Assembly: GCF_000008305.1 (NCBI RefSeq)
Contig: NC_006055.1
Location: 450,001 to 482,000 of the forward strand
Direction of reading: 5' to 3'
Origin: Mesoplasma florum L1
GTDB lineage: Bacteria; Bacillota_I; Bacilli_A; Mycoplasmatales; Mycoplasmataceae
Length of the DNA: 32,000 bases
Below are positions 10,168 through 25,933 of this stretch, piece by piece. The position numbers and the translations under genes were made by a program. Each line of letters starts with the position of its first letter. The stretch's first letter is position 1. Below the pieces are notes generated by a model that was given only the letters and a program-made list of their open reading frames with translations, made no database searches and was not told the origin of the DNA.

Positions 10168-10788
10168 CTACTTTATTAAAGCTTCTTGTTTTAAAACAAT
10201 TAACTTCATTTCATTTTCTTTTAAATTTTCTTCATACGCTTGAATAACTATACCAATAACAGAGTTATTTGGTTCTTCTTTTTGTAAGATCTTTAATTTT
10301 TTAAATATAAAGTTTTGAAAACTCTTTTTATATTTTTCTAACTCGTATTTAAAATACAAATCAACATCATATTTTTTATTATTCAGTGTTTTAATTTCAA
10401 TACCTTCGTTCCAAAAGATAATCTGTTCAATCAAAACATCATTAATAAAAGCTTTTGTTGAACTATATATAAAAGCTAAAAATTCTTCATATATATTGTA
10501 AATAATTTTATCATTATTAGTTTGAATTAGGTAGTCTCAAATTGTTTGTTCGACCTCTTTATTGAAATTTCTTAAATAATCGATTGTTTCATTGAAATTA
10601 ATCACAGTTTTTTTAATAAATTCTTTCTTATATTTCATATTTAAGTACTTCAAAAATATTGGTTTTGAAATGATATCAAATAGATTTGTATACTCTCATG
10701 TAAAATTTATTTCAAAAACTTTTACAGTTTGATCTTTTTTAATTCTTGCTTCTTGAAAGTGATTAATAATAGATTGTTTTACTTCCAT
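10168..10788 (-). CDS. Hypothetical soluble protein, 206 aa, no recognisable motif
   Basis: The ATG at 10786-10788 lies 7 nt after the permease stop, with a GGAG SD inside TAGGAGAAAT. It joins in frame to track ORF 10168-10434 across two TGA codons. The N-terminus reads MEVKQSIINHFQEARIKKDQTVKVFEINFTWEYTNLFD.... There is no Walker motif and no TM segment. Confidence 0.6.
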
Positions 10789-10795
10789 ATTTCTC

Positions 10796-13700
10796 CTACG
10801 CTAAACTTGTTATTTGAGTTAAAGGGTTTCTTTTTACTTGTTTATTTGATGCATACCAACCAAATAGTAAAACTACTGACATAACTGATAAAGTTATTAA
10901 AATAGTTTTTAAATCAACTGTCATAAAAATATAAACACTAAACTTGTTTGCTATTCATGTTAATAATATTTTTCAGAATATAACAGACGCAATATATGCA
11001 GCTATAAAAGATATTAAAGCCCCAATAGCATAACTACCCATTACAACTCAATTTATTTCTTTATCTTTATAACCTAAAGCTTGTAGAGTTAATATAACTA
11101 TTTTAGCTTCTTCAACTATGATACCAATAATTACAACTAGAATTATTGCAAGAAGAACAGTTGTTAATAATACAAATATTAACATAACTCTATCAACTAT
11201 TTCAGTTGCTTTATTTATAACTAAATTATTTATGATAAAAGAAACTGTTGATGTTCTTGAAGAAAAGTTTAAGAAATATGGATTAACAACAGATTTTAAG
11301 TTTGTAGTTACATTTGGACTCAAAGAATTAGTATATTTGAAAACTGGTCTTAAAATATCTAACATTATTGGTGTATCTTCATTAATTAAAATTGATGAAT
11401 TTTTTTCAATAATTTTAATTGAATAAAATAATTCCATAAAATCACTAGTTTTTGTATTAACTGAAATCATTTCATTTTTTGAATATAAACTTGAAAATCT
11501 CACTGGAAGGCTTTCATCATAAAATTTAGTTTTAAAATCTTCTGAATTAATTCAAATATTATCTGTGCCTAATTTTATAGTTTCTGCTTTATTAATTCCT
11601 ACAACTCTAAGTTGAACTGTTTGGGGATCTAATGTTTTAGTTTTAAATTCTATAATGTCGTTAATCTTTATATTTTGATTTCTAGCCATACTATATGGAA
11701 TTATTGCATTAACAATATTTGAATTTACATTCTCTTGAGCTGAATTTTTAAATCTTTCAATTTCAGAAGTTGATACATCTTCAAAATTAAACATATTTTC
11801 AAAATTTCCATATTGATTAGACTGAGTATTTACTAATCTTGCATAAACATCAACATCATTATATTGGCCGCTTTGTGATAAACCAATTCAGTCAAATAAG
11901 ACTTCATTTTCTTTATCATACATAACATTATTAATATTTAACATGTAATCATTTTCATCATAATTATCAAAATCTGTTAATTGTGTTGTTTGAAATACAT
12001 TTGTTGCAACCGAATTCATATTTGTAAAATTAGCTCTAACTAAAAGCGGTATATACTGTTTTAAATCATTAGAAAATATCTCATCAATTTGACTTAATAA
12101 TCAATTGTCTAATAAGTTTCTTTGTTTTGTGTCATAGATATTAACTTTATTAATTAACTTGTTTGTATATAATTTTTGATACGCATTATCAATATATTCA
12201 TTTGTTGTTGTTGCTCCAACTAGATCGTTTATCTCAATTATTTGATTAGACTTACCTATAATTTCTTGTAATGCAGAAATTGTTAAATCAATTTGAGCTA
12301 TTTTTACTGCAAAAATATAAGATAAATCCTTACTGAAAATATGTTTTACAATATCAGATTGCATAGATGCAATTGATAAAGAATTACTTTCGTTTGTTTT
12401 TTCATTTAAATCTAATATTTGAGAAGTTGTTCCAGTTAATTTAATTTCCTCAACACCTTTTATAAAAGCAGAATTTTGAGAATTTAAATTATATGACATA
12501 ATTGTTTTTATAAAACTATTATTACTACTTTCTTCTAAGATTAAATCATTTGTTTTAATGTTCAACATATTGTTTAAAATAAAATACATTTCACTTCTTG
12601 GTAATAAGAAATTAGCTTTATCAGTTGAATTTAATGTCATAAAATAGTTATTAGTCATTTGAATTACTGCATCTATTCTAAATCTATATTCTTCTGAAGA
12701 TGTTTTGTTCAAATATTCATTTGTATTTTTATATTCAGAATAATCATTATAATCAGGAGATGTTCTATTTCATTCATATTTGTAATTAAATTTATTTTGT
12801 CCTTCAGTAATATCTAATGTTGGATTAGAATTTCATCAATTATAGTAATGATCTGTTTTTTCGTTATAAACTGCAAACGATTGATTTAACATTTTTGTCA
12901 TTAAACTTTGAGCACCAAATAATAATATATAAGTAAATGATGCACATGCAAATAATGTTTGAACAGTATAAAACTTTCCTTTTGAAGTTCTAACAAAAGC
13001 TCTTCTCAATCTTCAATTGAAAAACTTTTCTCCTGCAAATATTTTTTTAAATAATATTCCTTGTTTTATATTAGCTTTTGTTTTTCTACTATTAGACATT
13101 AATGATAAAACAGGCTCTTTTATATATAAGATAGTTGTTATGTAACTTATTAGAATAAAAAGTAATGGTATAAGAATAAATAGAGAAAACAAGAATAATG
13201 GGCTTAAGTAAATAGTGCTAAAGCTAATTGAAACAGTATTTTCAAATGCCTTTGCAGCGAAAGTCTGTATAGGAATAGAAATTATAAATCCAAAGATTAA
13301 ACTAATAAAAAATAAAATACCGGTTTTTATTGAAAATATTCAACTTAACTCACTAGTTTTATAACCAAATGATTTAAATATTCCTAACTGTTTTCTTGTT
13401 TCATTCATTTCTTTTTTAAGTTGAAAATTAATGAATAAGAAAGCTAGCACTAAAATTATAGTTCCTAAAACAACATTTATAATTATTCTAATTTGTAGAT
13501 TTTCTAACGCTTTAGCAACTTTTGTTTCGCTTCAAGGAATAAAATTATTTTCTAAATTTGATAGTATTTTAACATCATCATTTGTTTTAAATAGTTCAAA
13601 AGGTATTTCATTTGTTGAGTTTACATTTTTTATCTTTAATTCTAAATTATATGAAGCTTCGTTACTTAATAGGTTTCAAGAGTAATCTCTAAATTTATTA

Positions 13701-15022
13701 ATGAATTTTTGATTTAAATAAATAAAACCATAAGTTTCCATGCTTTGTGAAAATGCTGAAAAGTTATTACCAGGAACAAAGTCATCAAAAGTTTGCCCTA
13801 TTCCAACAATTTTAACAGTTGTTGATTGATTTGCAAAAAAACTTTCTGTTGGTAATATGCTTTGAACTATTTTGTTTGATAGTATTGCATTAAATATTAA
13901 ATTATTTGAATTAGCTATAGGCATTTTTATTTCATCACCTATTTTAATATTATTTGCACTTGCAAAAGCTGATGAAATAATAATTTCAGGTTGTTTGTTT
14001 AAATTTCAACTTTCAGTTTTTCTTGATTTTTTATTACCTTTATCAAAAATAATATTATTAAATTCATTAGTTGAATCAGTTCTTATTTCAAAAGTTTGAG
14101 AACTAGTTAAAACTCCTGCTTCACTTTTTTGAAATACAAAATTTTTATTAATGTTTATTTCGTAATTAGATTCATCATTATTTTTATTTAAAATTTCATT
14201 AAAAAGTAGTATTCTATCATCATGTTGATATTTTTCATTTGCTAAAATTTTTGAATACTCAGAATTAAAAACTGTATAACTTGAAATTTTAATTGTTTTA
14301 GGATTTCAGTTAGCAATTAAATTTTTTATATCGTCAAGATTAGTTATTGATGAAATTGAATTTATATCTTGAATAATACCATTCACATAAGCAAAATTTA
14401 ATATTCTATATAATGTTGAAAATCCTATACTTGCAACTGAAGAATAAATATTAGTTTCATCATCGTTTTGTAAAAAATTTTCTAAATCATATAAACCTAA
14501 CTCTAATGATTTTTGAACATGATATTTAAAAACTTCTTGAGGTGTAGGTAATTCAAATTTTGAATCAAAGTTTGCTGAATCTTTGTATGATAATTCAAAT
14601 GCTGTAGAATTAGCTGATAATCTATATCTTCTTAAAGATGAATTGACTTGTAATGTTATTCTTTCTTTTTCCTCAGAATTAAAATTATTTCAATTTAAAT
14701 AATAATCTTTATCTTTTTTATTTGTTGAATCAGTTCATAATTTTGCATTTAAAAATTCTATAAATTTAGGATCTAAATAATCTTTTGCATACTTAGTTAT
14801 AAATTCCTCACTGTAAAGCATATCTTCACTAGCAGAAGAAAAATTTGAATTATAAGCTACATTTTGTTGTTGTGCTGAATTCATTTTTGAATATATTTGT
14901 AAAGGTGTTGCTAACATCCCAATGACTGATGCAGCTAATGTAACAATAAAAATTATCATGAATAAAGTTGATAATCAGTTTTTAAAAAAAGTTTTTAGAT
15001 AACTTTTCATTATTTTATTCAT
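10796..15022 (-). CDS. Very large tandem FtsX-domain (MacB/YbbP-like) ABC-type permease, about 1404-1408 aa
   Basis: Track fragments 11048-11503, 11552-11794, 12101-12712, 13676-13924 and 14735-14959 share one frame. All the fragment breaks I checked are TGA codons. There are two FtsX-type modules: ...RKQLGIFKSFGYKTSEL... followed by TM helices at about 12900-13400, and ...ILTLQALGYKDKEINW... followed by TM helices at about 10800-11100. Large hydrophilic domains lie between them. The preferred start is the ATG at 15020-15022, with a GGTGA SD 5 nt upstream; an alternative in-frame ATG is at 15008-15010. Confidence 0.8.
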
Positions 15023-15057
15023 TAAAATCACCAAAAAACCCTTCTTATTTTAAATAT

Positions 15058-15066
15058 ATTTTAACA
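15058..15066 (-). promoter_or_regulatory. Candidate extended -10 promoter (TGtTAAAAT) for the permease-pheST operon
   Basis: The reverse strand reads aaTGtTAAAATat, located between the 5S terminator and the permease start. Confidence 0.3.
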
Positions 15067-15075
15067 TTTATAACT

Positions 15076-15100
15076 AAAAAAAAGAATCCTTACGGATTCT
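15076..15100 (-). terminator. Rho-independent terminator of the rRNA operon
   Basis: The reverse strand has AGAATCC-GTAA-GGATTCT followed by TTTTTTTT (plus-strand A-run 15076-15083), about 8 nt after the 5S 3' end. Confidence 0.75.
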
Positions 15101-15107
15101 TTCATAA

Positions 15108-15215
15108 ACTGGCAGCGTTCTATTTTCTCACAATGCAATATCGTCGACGCTGTAGAGCTTAACTTCTGTGTTCGGTATGGGAACAGGTGTGACCTCTACG
15201 CTATGACCACCAGAT
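15108..15215 (-). rRNA. rrf: 5S ribosomal RNA
   Basis: The reverse strand reads TCTGGTGGTCATAGCGTAGAGGTCACACCTGTTCCCATACCGAACACAGAAGTTAAGCTCTACAGCG...GAACGCTGCCAGT. Ends are accurate to within a few nt. Confidence 0.9.
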
Positions 15216-15224
15216 CTTTTTTTA

Positions 15225-15255
15225 AATTGTTCTCTGAAAACTGGATATTAGATGA
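15225..15255 (-). other. 3' strand of the 23S processing stem (pairs with 18285-18315)
   Basis: The rc of 15225-15255 is tcatctaatatccagttttcagagaacaatt, and 18285-18315 is tcatctaatattcagttttcaaagaacaatt. That gives 31 bp with one G-U pair and one mismatch, enclosing the 23S. Confidence 0.75.
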
Positions 15256-15282
15256 TTACATACTCAATTGCTTCTTTTTTCT

Positions 15283-18195
<2,913 letters not shown>

Positions 18196-18284
18196 AAAAT
18201 CTTAAAGCAATTGATAATTGATTCAGTAAAATTATTTTTATTTGTTAAAAATTGTTGATTTATTTTAATCTTTTACAATGCTTT

Positions 18285-18315
18285 TCATCTAATATTCAGT
18301 TTTCAAAGAACAATT
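18285..18315 (-). other. 5' strand of the 23S processing stem, located in the 16S-23S spacer
   Basis: It is complementary to 15225-15255 (see that feature). The spacer 18196-18397 contains no tRNA-like sequence. Confidence 0.75.
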
Positions 18316-18345
18316 CTCTTTCAGAGATTATATTTAAATAATCCC

Positions 18346-18363
18346 TGAAAACTAAATAGAACA
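18346..18363 (-). other. 3' strand of the 16S processing stem (pairs with 20010-20027)
   Basis: 18346-18363 is tgaaaactaaatagaaca, the exact reverse complement of 20010-20027 (tgttctatttagttttca). Further partial complementarity exists between about 18364-18378 and about 19940-19955 (gactattatat). Confidence 0.75.
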
Positions 18364-18397
18364 TATAATAGTCAATCTGTTTTGTTTTTATCTCCAT

Positions 18398-19923
<1,526 letters not shown>

Positions 19924-20056
19924 AAATTATTGTTTTGATTCTGACTATTATATTTTTTTGTATATTATTCTGTACTCAATTTGAAATTGTTACAGGATTG
20001 TACAATTGTTGTTCTATTTAGTTTTCAAAGATCATTTCCCAATCAGGGACTTTTTA

Positions 20057-20086
20057 ATAATAGCATAAGTTTTTATCAAGTTGCAA
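20057..20086 (-). promoter_or_regulatory. Candidate rRNA operon promoter with an A/T-tract upstream region
   Basis: The reverse strand has TTGCAA (rc of 20081-20086), an 18-nt spacer and TATTAT (rc of 20057-20062). The region 20087-20160 consists almost entirely of A and T tracts and looks UP-element-like. Confidence 0.5.
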
Positions 20087-20173
20087 CAAATTTAAAAAAT
20101 TTTTTCCAAAAAATAAAAAAAATTTAAAAACTCTTAAAAAAGAATTTAAAAATTTGTTATTCTTTGTATTTAA

Positions 20174-20854
20174 TTAAATATTTTCATAAACCAATTTAGC
20201 TACTTTAATTACAGAAAAGGGGTTTTGTCCTGTAATTAAATTTCCATCCTTTAACGCGTATGGCTTATAAAATCTTTTGCTTTTAAAATTAGCATTATTT
20301 TTAATTGCTATTTTTTTATTAAGAAAAGGTACCTTCCTATATTTACCACTTAAAATTTCTTCTGTCGTTGTAAATCCTGTAATATTTCTACTTTCAATAA
20401 TAAATTTATTATTCTTATCCTTTAAATAAAGTAAACCTGCGATTCCATGACATACTGAAGATACTATTTTATTTTTTTCATAAATTTTTAAAGCTATGTC
20501 GTGAATTTCTTTGTTATTTGTAAAATCTCACATTACTCCGTGACCACCTGTGAAATATATACAATCATATTCCTCGTCTTTTATATCACTTGGTTTTAAT
20601 GAATTAGTTAACGCTTTATCAACAAATCATTTATCTTTATAAAGTTTAATATCTTCCTCACTTGCAAATTTTAAGCTTCTTGGATCTACAGGAACTTTTC
20701 CTCCCTTAGGGCTGATGAAAGTAAATTCAAATTTAATATCAGTGTTTTTTAAAAAATTGATAAATTCGGTTGCTTCACCAAGCCACAATCCAGTTTTTTC
20801 CTTGTAATTACCATATTGGTTTGTATTAGTTAATACAATAAGTATCTTTTTCAC
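20174..20854 (-). CDS. DJ-1/PfpI (class-I glutamine-amidotransferase-like, Hsp31-type) protein, 226 aa
   Basis: It has a GTG start at 20852-20854, 8 nt after AGGAG. Track ORF 20627-20854 continues through two TGA codons to the TAA at 20174-20176. Supporting motifs are DCIYFTGGHG and the nucleophile elbow SSVCHGIAGL, and the protein ends ...LITGQNPFSVIKVAKLVYENI. Confidence 0.8.
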
Positions 20855-20876
20855 TATAATAACTCCTCTTTTAGTA

Positions 20877-22109
20877 TTATTTTTTCATCTCCTCATATAA
20901 AGATCAAAGTTTTCTTTCATACGCAGAGTTTGTTTTAGGTTTGAAATATTTAATATTTTTTATCTCATTAGGTAAATATTGTTGAGCAACTCAACCTTTT
21001 TCTTCAACATGTGGGTATAAATAGTTAACACCTCTATTTAATTTAACAGCTGATTTATAATGATTGTCTTTTAAATGAGATGGCACTTCATATGCCATTC
21101 CATTTTTAACATCTTCAAAAGCTTTGCCACTTGCCATTAAAGCAGAGTTTGATTTTTGACTTAAAGCCATTTCTATAATAACTAAACCTAATGGAATAAT
21201 TCCTTCAGGCATTCCAATTTGTCTAAATGCATCACACGCTTGCATAACTCTTGGTGGTAAACTTGGGTTTGCTAGCCCTATATCTTCATATGCCATAATA
21301 ACCATTCTTCGCATTAAAGTTTCATAATCTCCAATAGATAATAATCTACTAAAATAATGTAAGCTAGCATCAACATCACTACCTCTAACTGATTTTTGCA
21401 ATGCTGATTTTAAATCATGAAAATCATCTCCAGTAGCTCCACTTGGATTTTTTCCTTGAGAAATAATTGAAGAAATTAAATCAATTGTAATTTCTTCACC
21501 TTTATATAAATTATGAAACAGTTCAATATTATTTAAAAGACTTCTAATATCTCCACTATTTAATTCACATAAGTATTTAAGTGATTCAGGTTTAATATTA
21601 ATATCTACTTTTTTATCTTTAATTAATTTGTTTACAAAAGCAAAAGATTCATCATGACTTACTCTTTTTAATTCTAATATTGTGGCCCTACTTCTAATAG
21701 CGGGGTTAATTGTAAAAAATGGATTCTCTGTAGTTGTTGCAAATAAATATACGTTCCCACTCTCCATAAAGTTCAATAATATATCTTGCTTGTCACGATT
21801 TAATCTATGTATTTCATCAATTATTAAAATAAATCTTTCTTTATTTATAGCTTTATCAATAATTTTAGTTAGATTTTCTTTTTTATCATAACTTGCATTA
21901 AACAAATCATATTCAATATTAAGATCATTAGCTAATGCTATAGCAAATGAAGTTTTACCAACCCCACTTGGCCCATAAAAGATTAATGATCTACAAAAAT
22001 TATTACTTATCATTTTTTTAATTAAACCATCTTCTTTTAATAGATTCTCTTGACCTATAATTTCAGATGTTGTCTTTGGTCTTAATAAATATGCTAATGG
22101 TGTATTCAT
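20877..22109 (-). CDS. rarA: Replication-associated recombination protein A (MgsA/RarA AAA+ ATPase), 410 aa
   Basis: It has Walker A GPSGVGKTS, Walker B ILIIDEIHR, and the MgsA C-terminal domain (...DDFHDLKSALQKSVRGSDVDASLHYFSRLL...). It extends past the TGA at 20991 to the TAA at 20877-20879 (1233 nt = 411 codons). The SD is AAGGAGG. Confidence 0.92.
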
Positions 22110-22121
22110 AATTCCTCCTTA

Positions 22122-22151
22122 ATAAAAAATAACTAGTTTTTACTAGTTATT
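22122..22151 (-). terminator. Rho-independent terminator after lon, ending 13 nt before the rarA start
   Basis: The reverse strand has AATAACTAGT-AAAA-ACTAGTTATT followed by TTTTTATT. The rarA SD follows immediately. Confidence 0.65.
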
Positions 22152-22160
22152 ATTTTACTC

Positions 22161-24524
22161 TTATTTTGTTTTAAAAACTATTGCAAATACCTCTTCATAT
22201 TTTTCAGCAGGTATAATTTTTAGTTTTGCTTTTACTTCATCTGGAATTTCGTCTAAGTCTCTTTCATTTTTCTTTGGAATAATGATTGTTTTCAATCCAC
22301 TTCTTGAAGCAGAAATTGATTTTTCTCTTAATCCACCAATTGGCAATACATTTCCTCTTAGTGTGATTTCACCAGTCATTCCAATTTCTTTTGAAACTGG
22401 TTTATCTGAAAGTGCAGAAATTAAAGCAGTTGTAATTGTGATACCAGCACTTGGTCCATCTTTTGGAACAGCTCCTTCAGGAACGTGAACATGAATATCA
22501 TTTTCTTCAAATACTTTTTTATCTACTCCAAATTTTTCAAAGTTTGATTTAACATAAGTTAACGCAATTGTTGCAGATTCTTTCATAACTTCACCAAGTT
22601 TACCTGTAAGAATTAAATTTCCTTTACCAGGGTATAAACTTACTTCAATTGGTAAAATATCTCCACCAAATTGTGTATATGCTAAACCTGTAACCACACC
22701 AATTTGAGATTCTTCTTGTTTTTCAGTGTGATCAAAAATTCTTTTACCTAATAAATCATTTACTTGTTTTTCATCAATAACAATTTTATCCATTTCACCA
22801 TTTAGATTTTTAACAATATACTTTCTAATAATAGAATTAATATGTCTTTCTAATTGACGCACACCAGCTTCTCTAGTGTAATATTTAATAATTTCATTAA
22901 TTGCACCTTCAGTAAATGATATTTCTTCTGAAGTTAATTCATGTTGTTCTATTGCTTTTGGAACTAAATAATCTTGTGCTATCTTAACTTTTTCAATTTC
23001 AGTATAGCTAGATAAATTTATGATTTCCATACGGTCATATAAGGCTTCAGGAATATCTTCAGGATAGTTAGCAGTTGCTATAAACATAACTTGGCTTAGA
23101 TCATATGGTTCTTCAATATAATGATCTGAAAACTCTTTGTTTTGTTCTGGGTCAAGAACCTCTAACATTGCACTTGCTGGATCACCTCTGTGATCAGATG
23201 CCATTTTATCAATTTCATCAAGCAAGAATAATGGGTTTTTTACTTTTGCTCTTTTCATTGTTTGAATAATTCTTCCTGGCATTGAACCAACATAAGTTTT
23301 TCTATGTCCACGAATTTCTGATTCATCTTTAACTCCACCTAAACTTACTTTAACAAAGTTTTTTCCAACTGCTTCTGCAATTGATTTTGCTAAACTTGTT
23401 TTACCTACACCTGGGGGACCAACTAATGTAATAATTGGTGCTTTTAGTGATTTTGTTTTAGTTTTAACAGCTAAGTACTCAATAATTCTTTCTTTAACTT
23501 TTTTCATACCATAATGATGTTTGTCTAAAATTTTTTTAGCATATTTTAAATCAGTTAAGTCTTCAGTTTCTTCTCATCAAGGAATACTCATCATTCAATC
23601 AATGTAATTTTTCTCAGTATTTCATTCAGGAGTTCCTGATTGAAGTGCTTCAACTCTTTTGATAGAAGCCATAATTTTTCTTTTGACTTCTTCAGGGAAA
23701 GGTTCTTTAGCTAAACGTTCTTTATATTTTTCTAATGAACTGTCATCAGAATCATCTTCATCTTCTAATTCATCTTTGATAATTCTCATTTTTTCTCTTA
23801 GATAATATTCTTTTTGTTGTTTATCCATTTTTTCTTTTAATTTATGGTTTAGTTCTTGTTCAATTTCATTCTTTTGTCTTGCTGCATCAATTGATTCTGC
23901 ATTTCTTGTTATGATTCCATCTTCAGCAAAAATTATTTTTTCAATAATTGATCATCTTGTTTTTAATGATGGAGATGTTATGTATTCTGGATTTGTCAAT
24001 ATTTTTGATGGAGCCAGTTTAAACATAATTGAATCAAAAGCTAAGCTTAAATCATCAGATTCACCTGATATTAACTGTTTAATTTGTTTTGTTACTAAAC
24101 TAGCTTTAGTTTTGATAGCATCAGAGATTTTTTCAATTAATTCTTTTAACTCTTCATCACTAAAATCATTAATTGATTCAATTAATTCAACTTCCGCATA
24201 TGGCACTTGATCTTCATTTTCAAAAAAGCTAATTACTTTACATCTTTGAATAGGGTTTGTGCTAATAGTTAATGAATTATCTTTTCATTCTTTGATTACT
24301 TCAAAATCAATTAAAATTCCAAATTCATGTAAATCTGAAAATTCAGGTTTTTCAACAGATGCATCAATCTGTGGTATTGCGATCATTTGATTATTTGAAT
24401 TTTTAATCGCATAATTAACGCTCGCTAATGTGTTTTTTCTTCCAACTTCTAAATTCTCTTTAATTCCAGGAACAATAAATGAACCTCTTATTTGGAAAAT
24501 AGGTAGTTTTATTTTTTTACTCAT
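22161..24524 (-). CDS. lon: ATP-dependent Lon protease, 787 aa
   Basis: Four track ORFs (22161-23507, 23622-23828, 23952-24206, 24285-24524) share one frame. Supporting features are the Walker A GPPGVGKTS, the catalytic-Ser region PKDGPSAGITI, and a Lon N-domain at the start (LPIFQIRGSFIVPG). Length is 2364 nt = 788 codons. Confidence 0.95.
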
Positions 24525-24552
24525 TTTGTTAACCTCCTATGTGGTTAAATAT

Positions 24553-24594
24553 ATATTATCATATTGTTTAGCAATTACAATAGTAGAGTGCTAA
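24553..24594 (-). promoter_or_regulatory. lon promoter overlapped by a CIRCE (HrcA) operator
   Basis: The reverse strand has TTAGCACTC-TACTATTGT-AATTGCTAA (rc of 24568-24594); the left arm is perfect and the right arm matches the CIRCE consensus TTAGCACTC-N9-GAGTGCTAA at 7 of 9 positions. A -35-like TTGTAA (rc of 24575-24580) lies inside the element, followed by a 16-nt spacer and TGaTAATAT (rc of 24553-24561). An AGGAGG SD follows. Confidence 0.75.
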
Positions 24595-24597
24595 AAA

Positions 24598-24622
24598 TAA
24601 AAAAACCTTTATCAGGTTTGTT
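24598..24622 (-). terminator. Weak candidate terminator after tig
   Basis: The reverse strand has AAACC-TGATAAA-GGTTT followed by TTTTTATTTTT. The stem is only 5 bp. Confidence 0.3.
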
Positions 24623-24633
24623 TTATTTTATAA

Positions 24634-25914
24634 TTATCCGTTATTTGAATATAAGAAATCAACTAATAAATCGTTAACAATTTCTGATTTTAACATTTCA
24701 GGATTTACCATAGTTTTAATTTGATCAGCAGGAATTCCAAATTGCGCTGCTAAGTTTTCGAATTTAGCATTGATTGCTTCTTCAGTAACTTCAAATTTTT
24801 CTTTACTTCTAATTTCAGATGTAACTAAGTAAGTTTCTAATTTATTTTTAGCATCAGCTGTTAATTCAGCTTTAATAGCTTCATCTGATAAACCAGTAAC
24901 TTTTTTATATTTTTTAATATCTAATCCTTGTTGTTTTAATTGAGCTTCAAATTCTTTTCTTAAATCTGCTGTTTGGTTTTCAATTGCTGTTTTAGGCAAT
25001 TCGATTGTTGAATTTTTAATTATTTCATTAATTAAATCATTAACGAATTGATTTTTAACATTTTGTAATTTTTGTTTTGTAATGTCTTCTTTTACTTTTG
25101 CTTCAAATTGAGCAAAAGTTTCAACATTAGGTAAATTTAAATCTTTAACAAGTTCGTCATCTTTTTTAGGTAATTCTCTTGCTTTAACTTCAATAATGTT
25201 TAATTCAAAAGTTGCAGGTTTGTTTGCTAATTCTGGAGTATAACCTTCTGGGAAAGTTACATCAATTTTAGCTTCTCCAAGTCCTAAACCGATCATTGAA
25301 TCTTCAAATCCAGGAATGAATTGGTTTGAACCTATAACTAATTTATGCCCTTTAGCTTCTCCACCTTTGAAAGCTTCTCCATTCATAAATCCTTTAAAGT
25401 CAAAAGTAACAATATCACCTTTTTCAATTTTTGCATCAGCAGCTTTTGGTTTTTCCATAATGAATTGTTCACAGTATTGATCAATAACTGCTTCAATTTC
25501 TTCTTTTGTAACTTCAACAGTTTCTTTTTTAACTGTTTTAATGTTTTTGTAATCACCTAATTTAATTTCAGGTTTTAAGTCAAATAAGAATTCAATAACT
25601 AATTCTTTTTCACTTACTTTTGCTGGAATTGGTTCTGGTGAGTTCATTGGTTCAACTTTAACTTCTTGAGCTCTTGCAAAGTCAAAAGCAGGTGAAACCA
25701 TCATTCTATAAGCTTCATTATAAATTTTTGAAGGAGTTACATATTTTTCAGCTTGAGCAGCAGGAATTTTTCCTTTTCTAAATCCAGGAACTTCTAAGTT
25801 AGCAAGAACTCTGTTTTTTGCTTTTTTTAAAGTTTCTGTTCATTCTGTTCCATCAATAGTAACAGTTCATTTACCTTGACCTTGTTCAATAATTTTTAAT
25901 TCTGTGAATTTCAT
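24634..25914 (-). CDS. tig: Trigger factor (ribosome-associated PPIase chaperone), 426 aa
   Basis: ORF 24634-25704 extends upstream through TGA codons to the ATG at 25912-25914 (1281 nt). The N-terminus reads MKFTELKIIEQGQGKWTVTIDGTEWTETLKKAKNRVLANLEVPGFRKGKIP, which contains the TF signature GFRxGxxP. An FKBP-like core is present (DFKGFMNGEAFKGGEAKGHKLVIGSNQFIPGFE). Confidence 0.95.
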
Positions 25915-25933
25915 TTTCTATTCCTCGTTTATT

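Noticed and set aside
18196-18397. A possible tRNA gene or mobile insertion in the 16S-23S spacer or the rRNA leader (19924-20173).
   Set aside because: I found no cloverleaf-compatible sequence (no GTTCGAATC-like T-arm and no acceptor complementarity). The inverted repeats are explained as rRNA processing stems, and the 23S and 16S lengths are normal.
20087-20160. A run of A and T tracts upstream of the rRNA promoter, considered as a possible replication origin or DnaA-box cluster.
   Set aside because: I saw no TTATCCACA-like DnaA boxes. The position immediately upstream of a -35 element fits an UP-element or curved-DNA promoter enhancer, and the tract spacing is only roughly helical.
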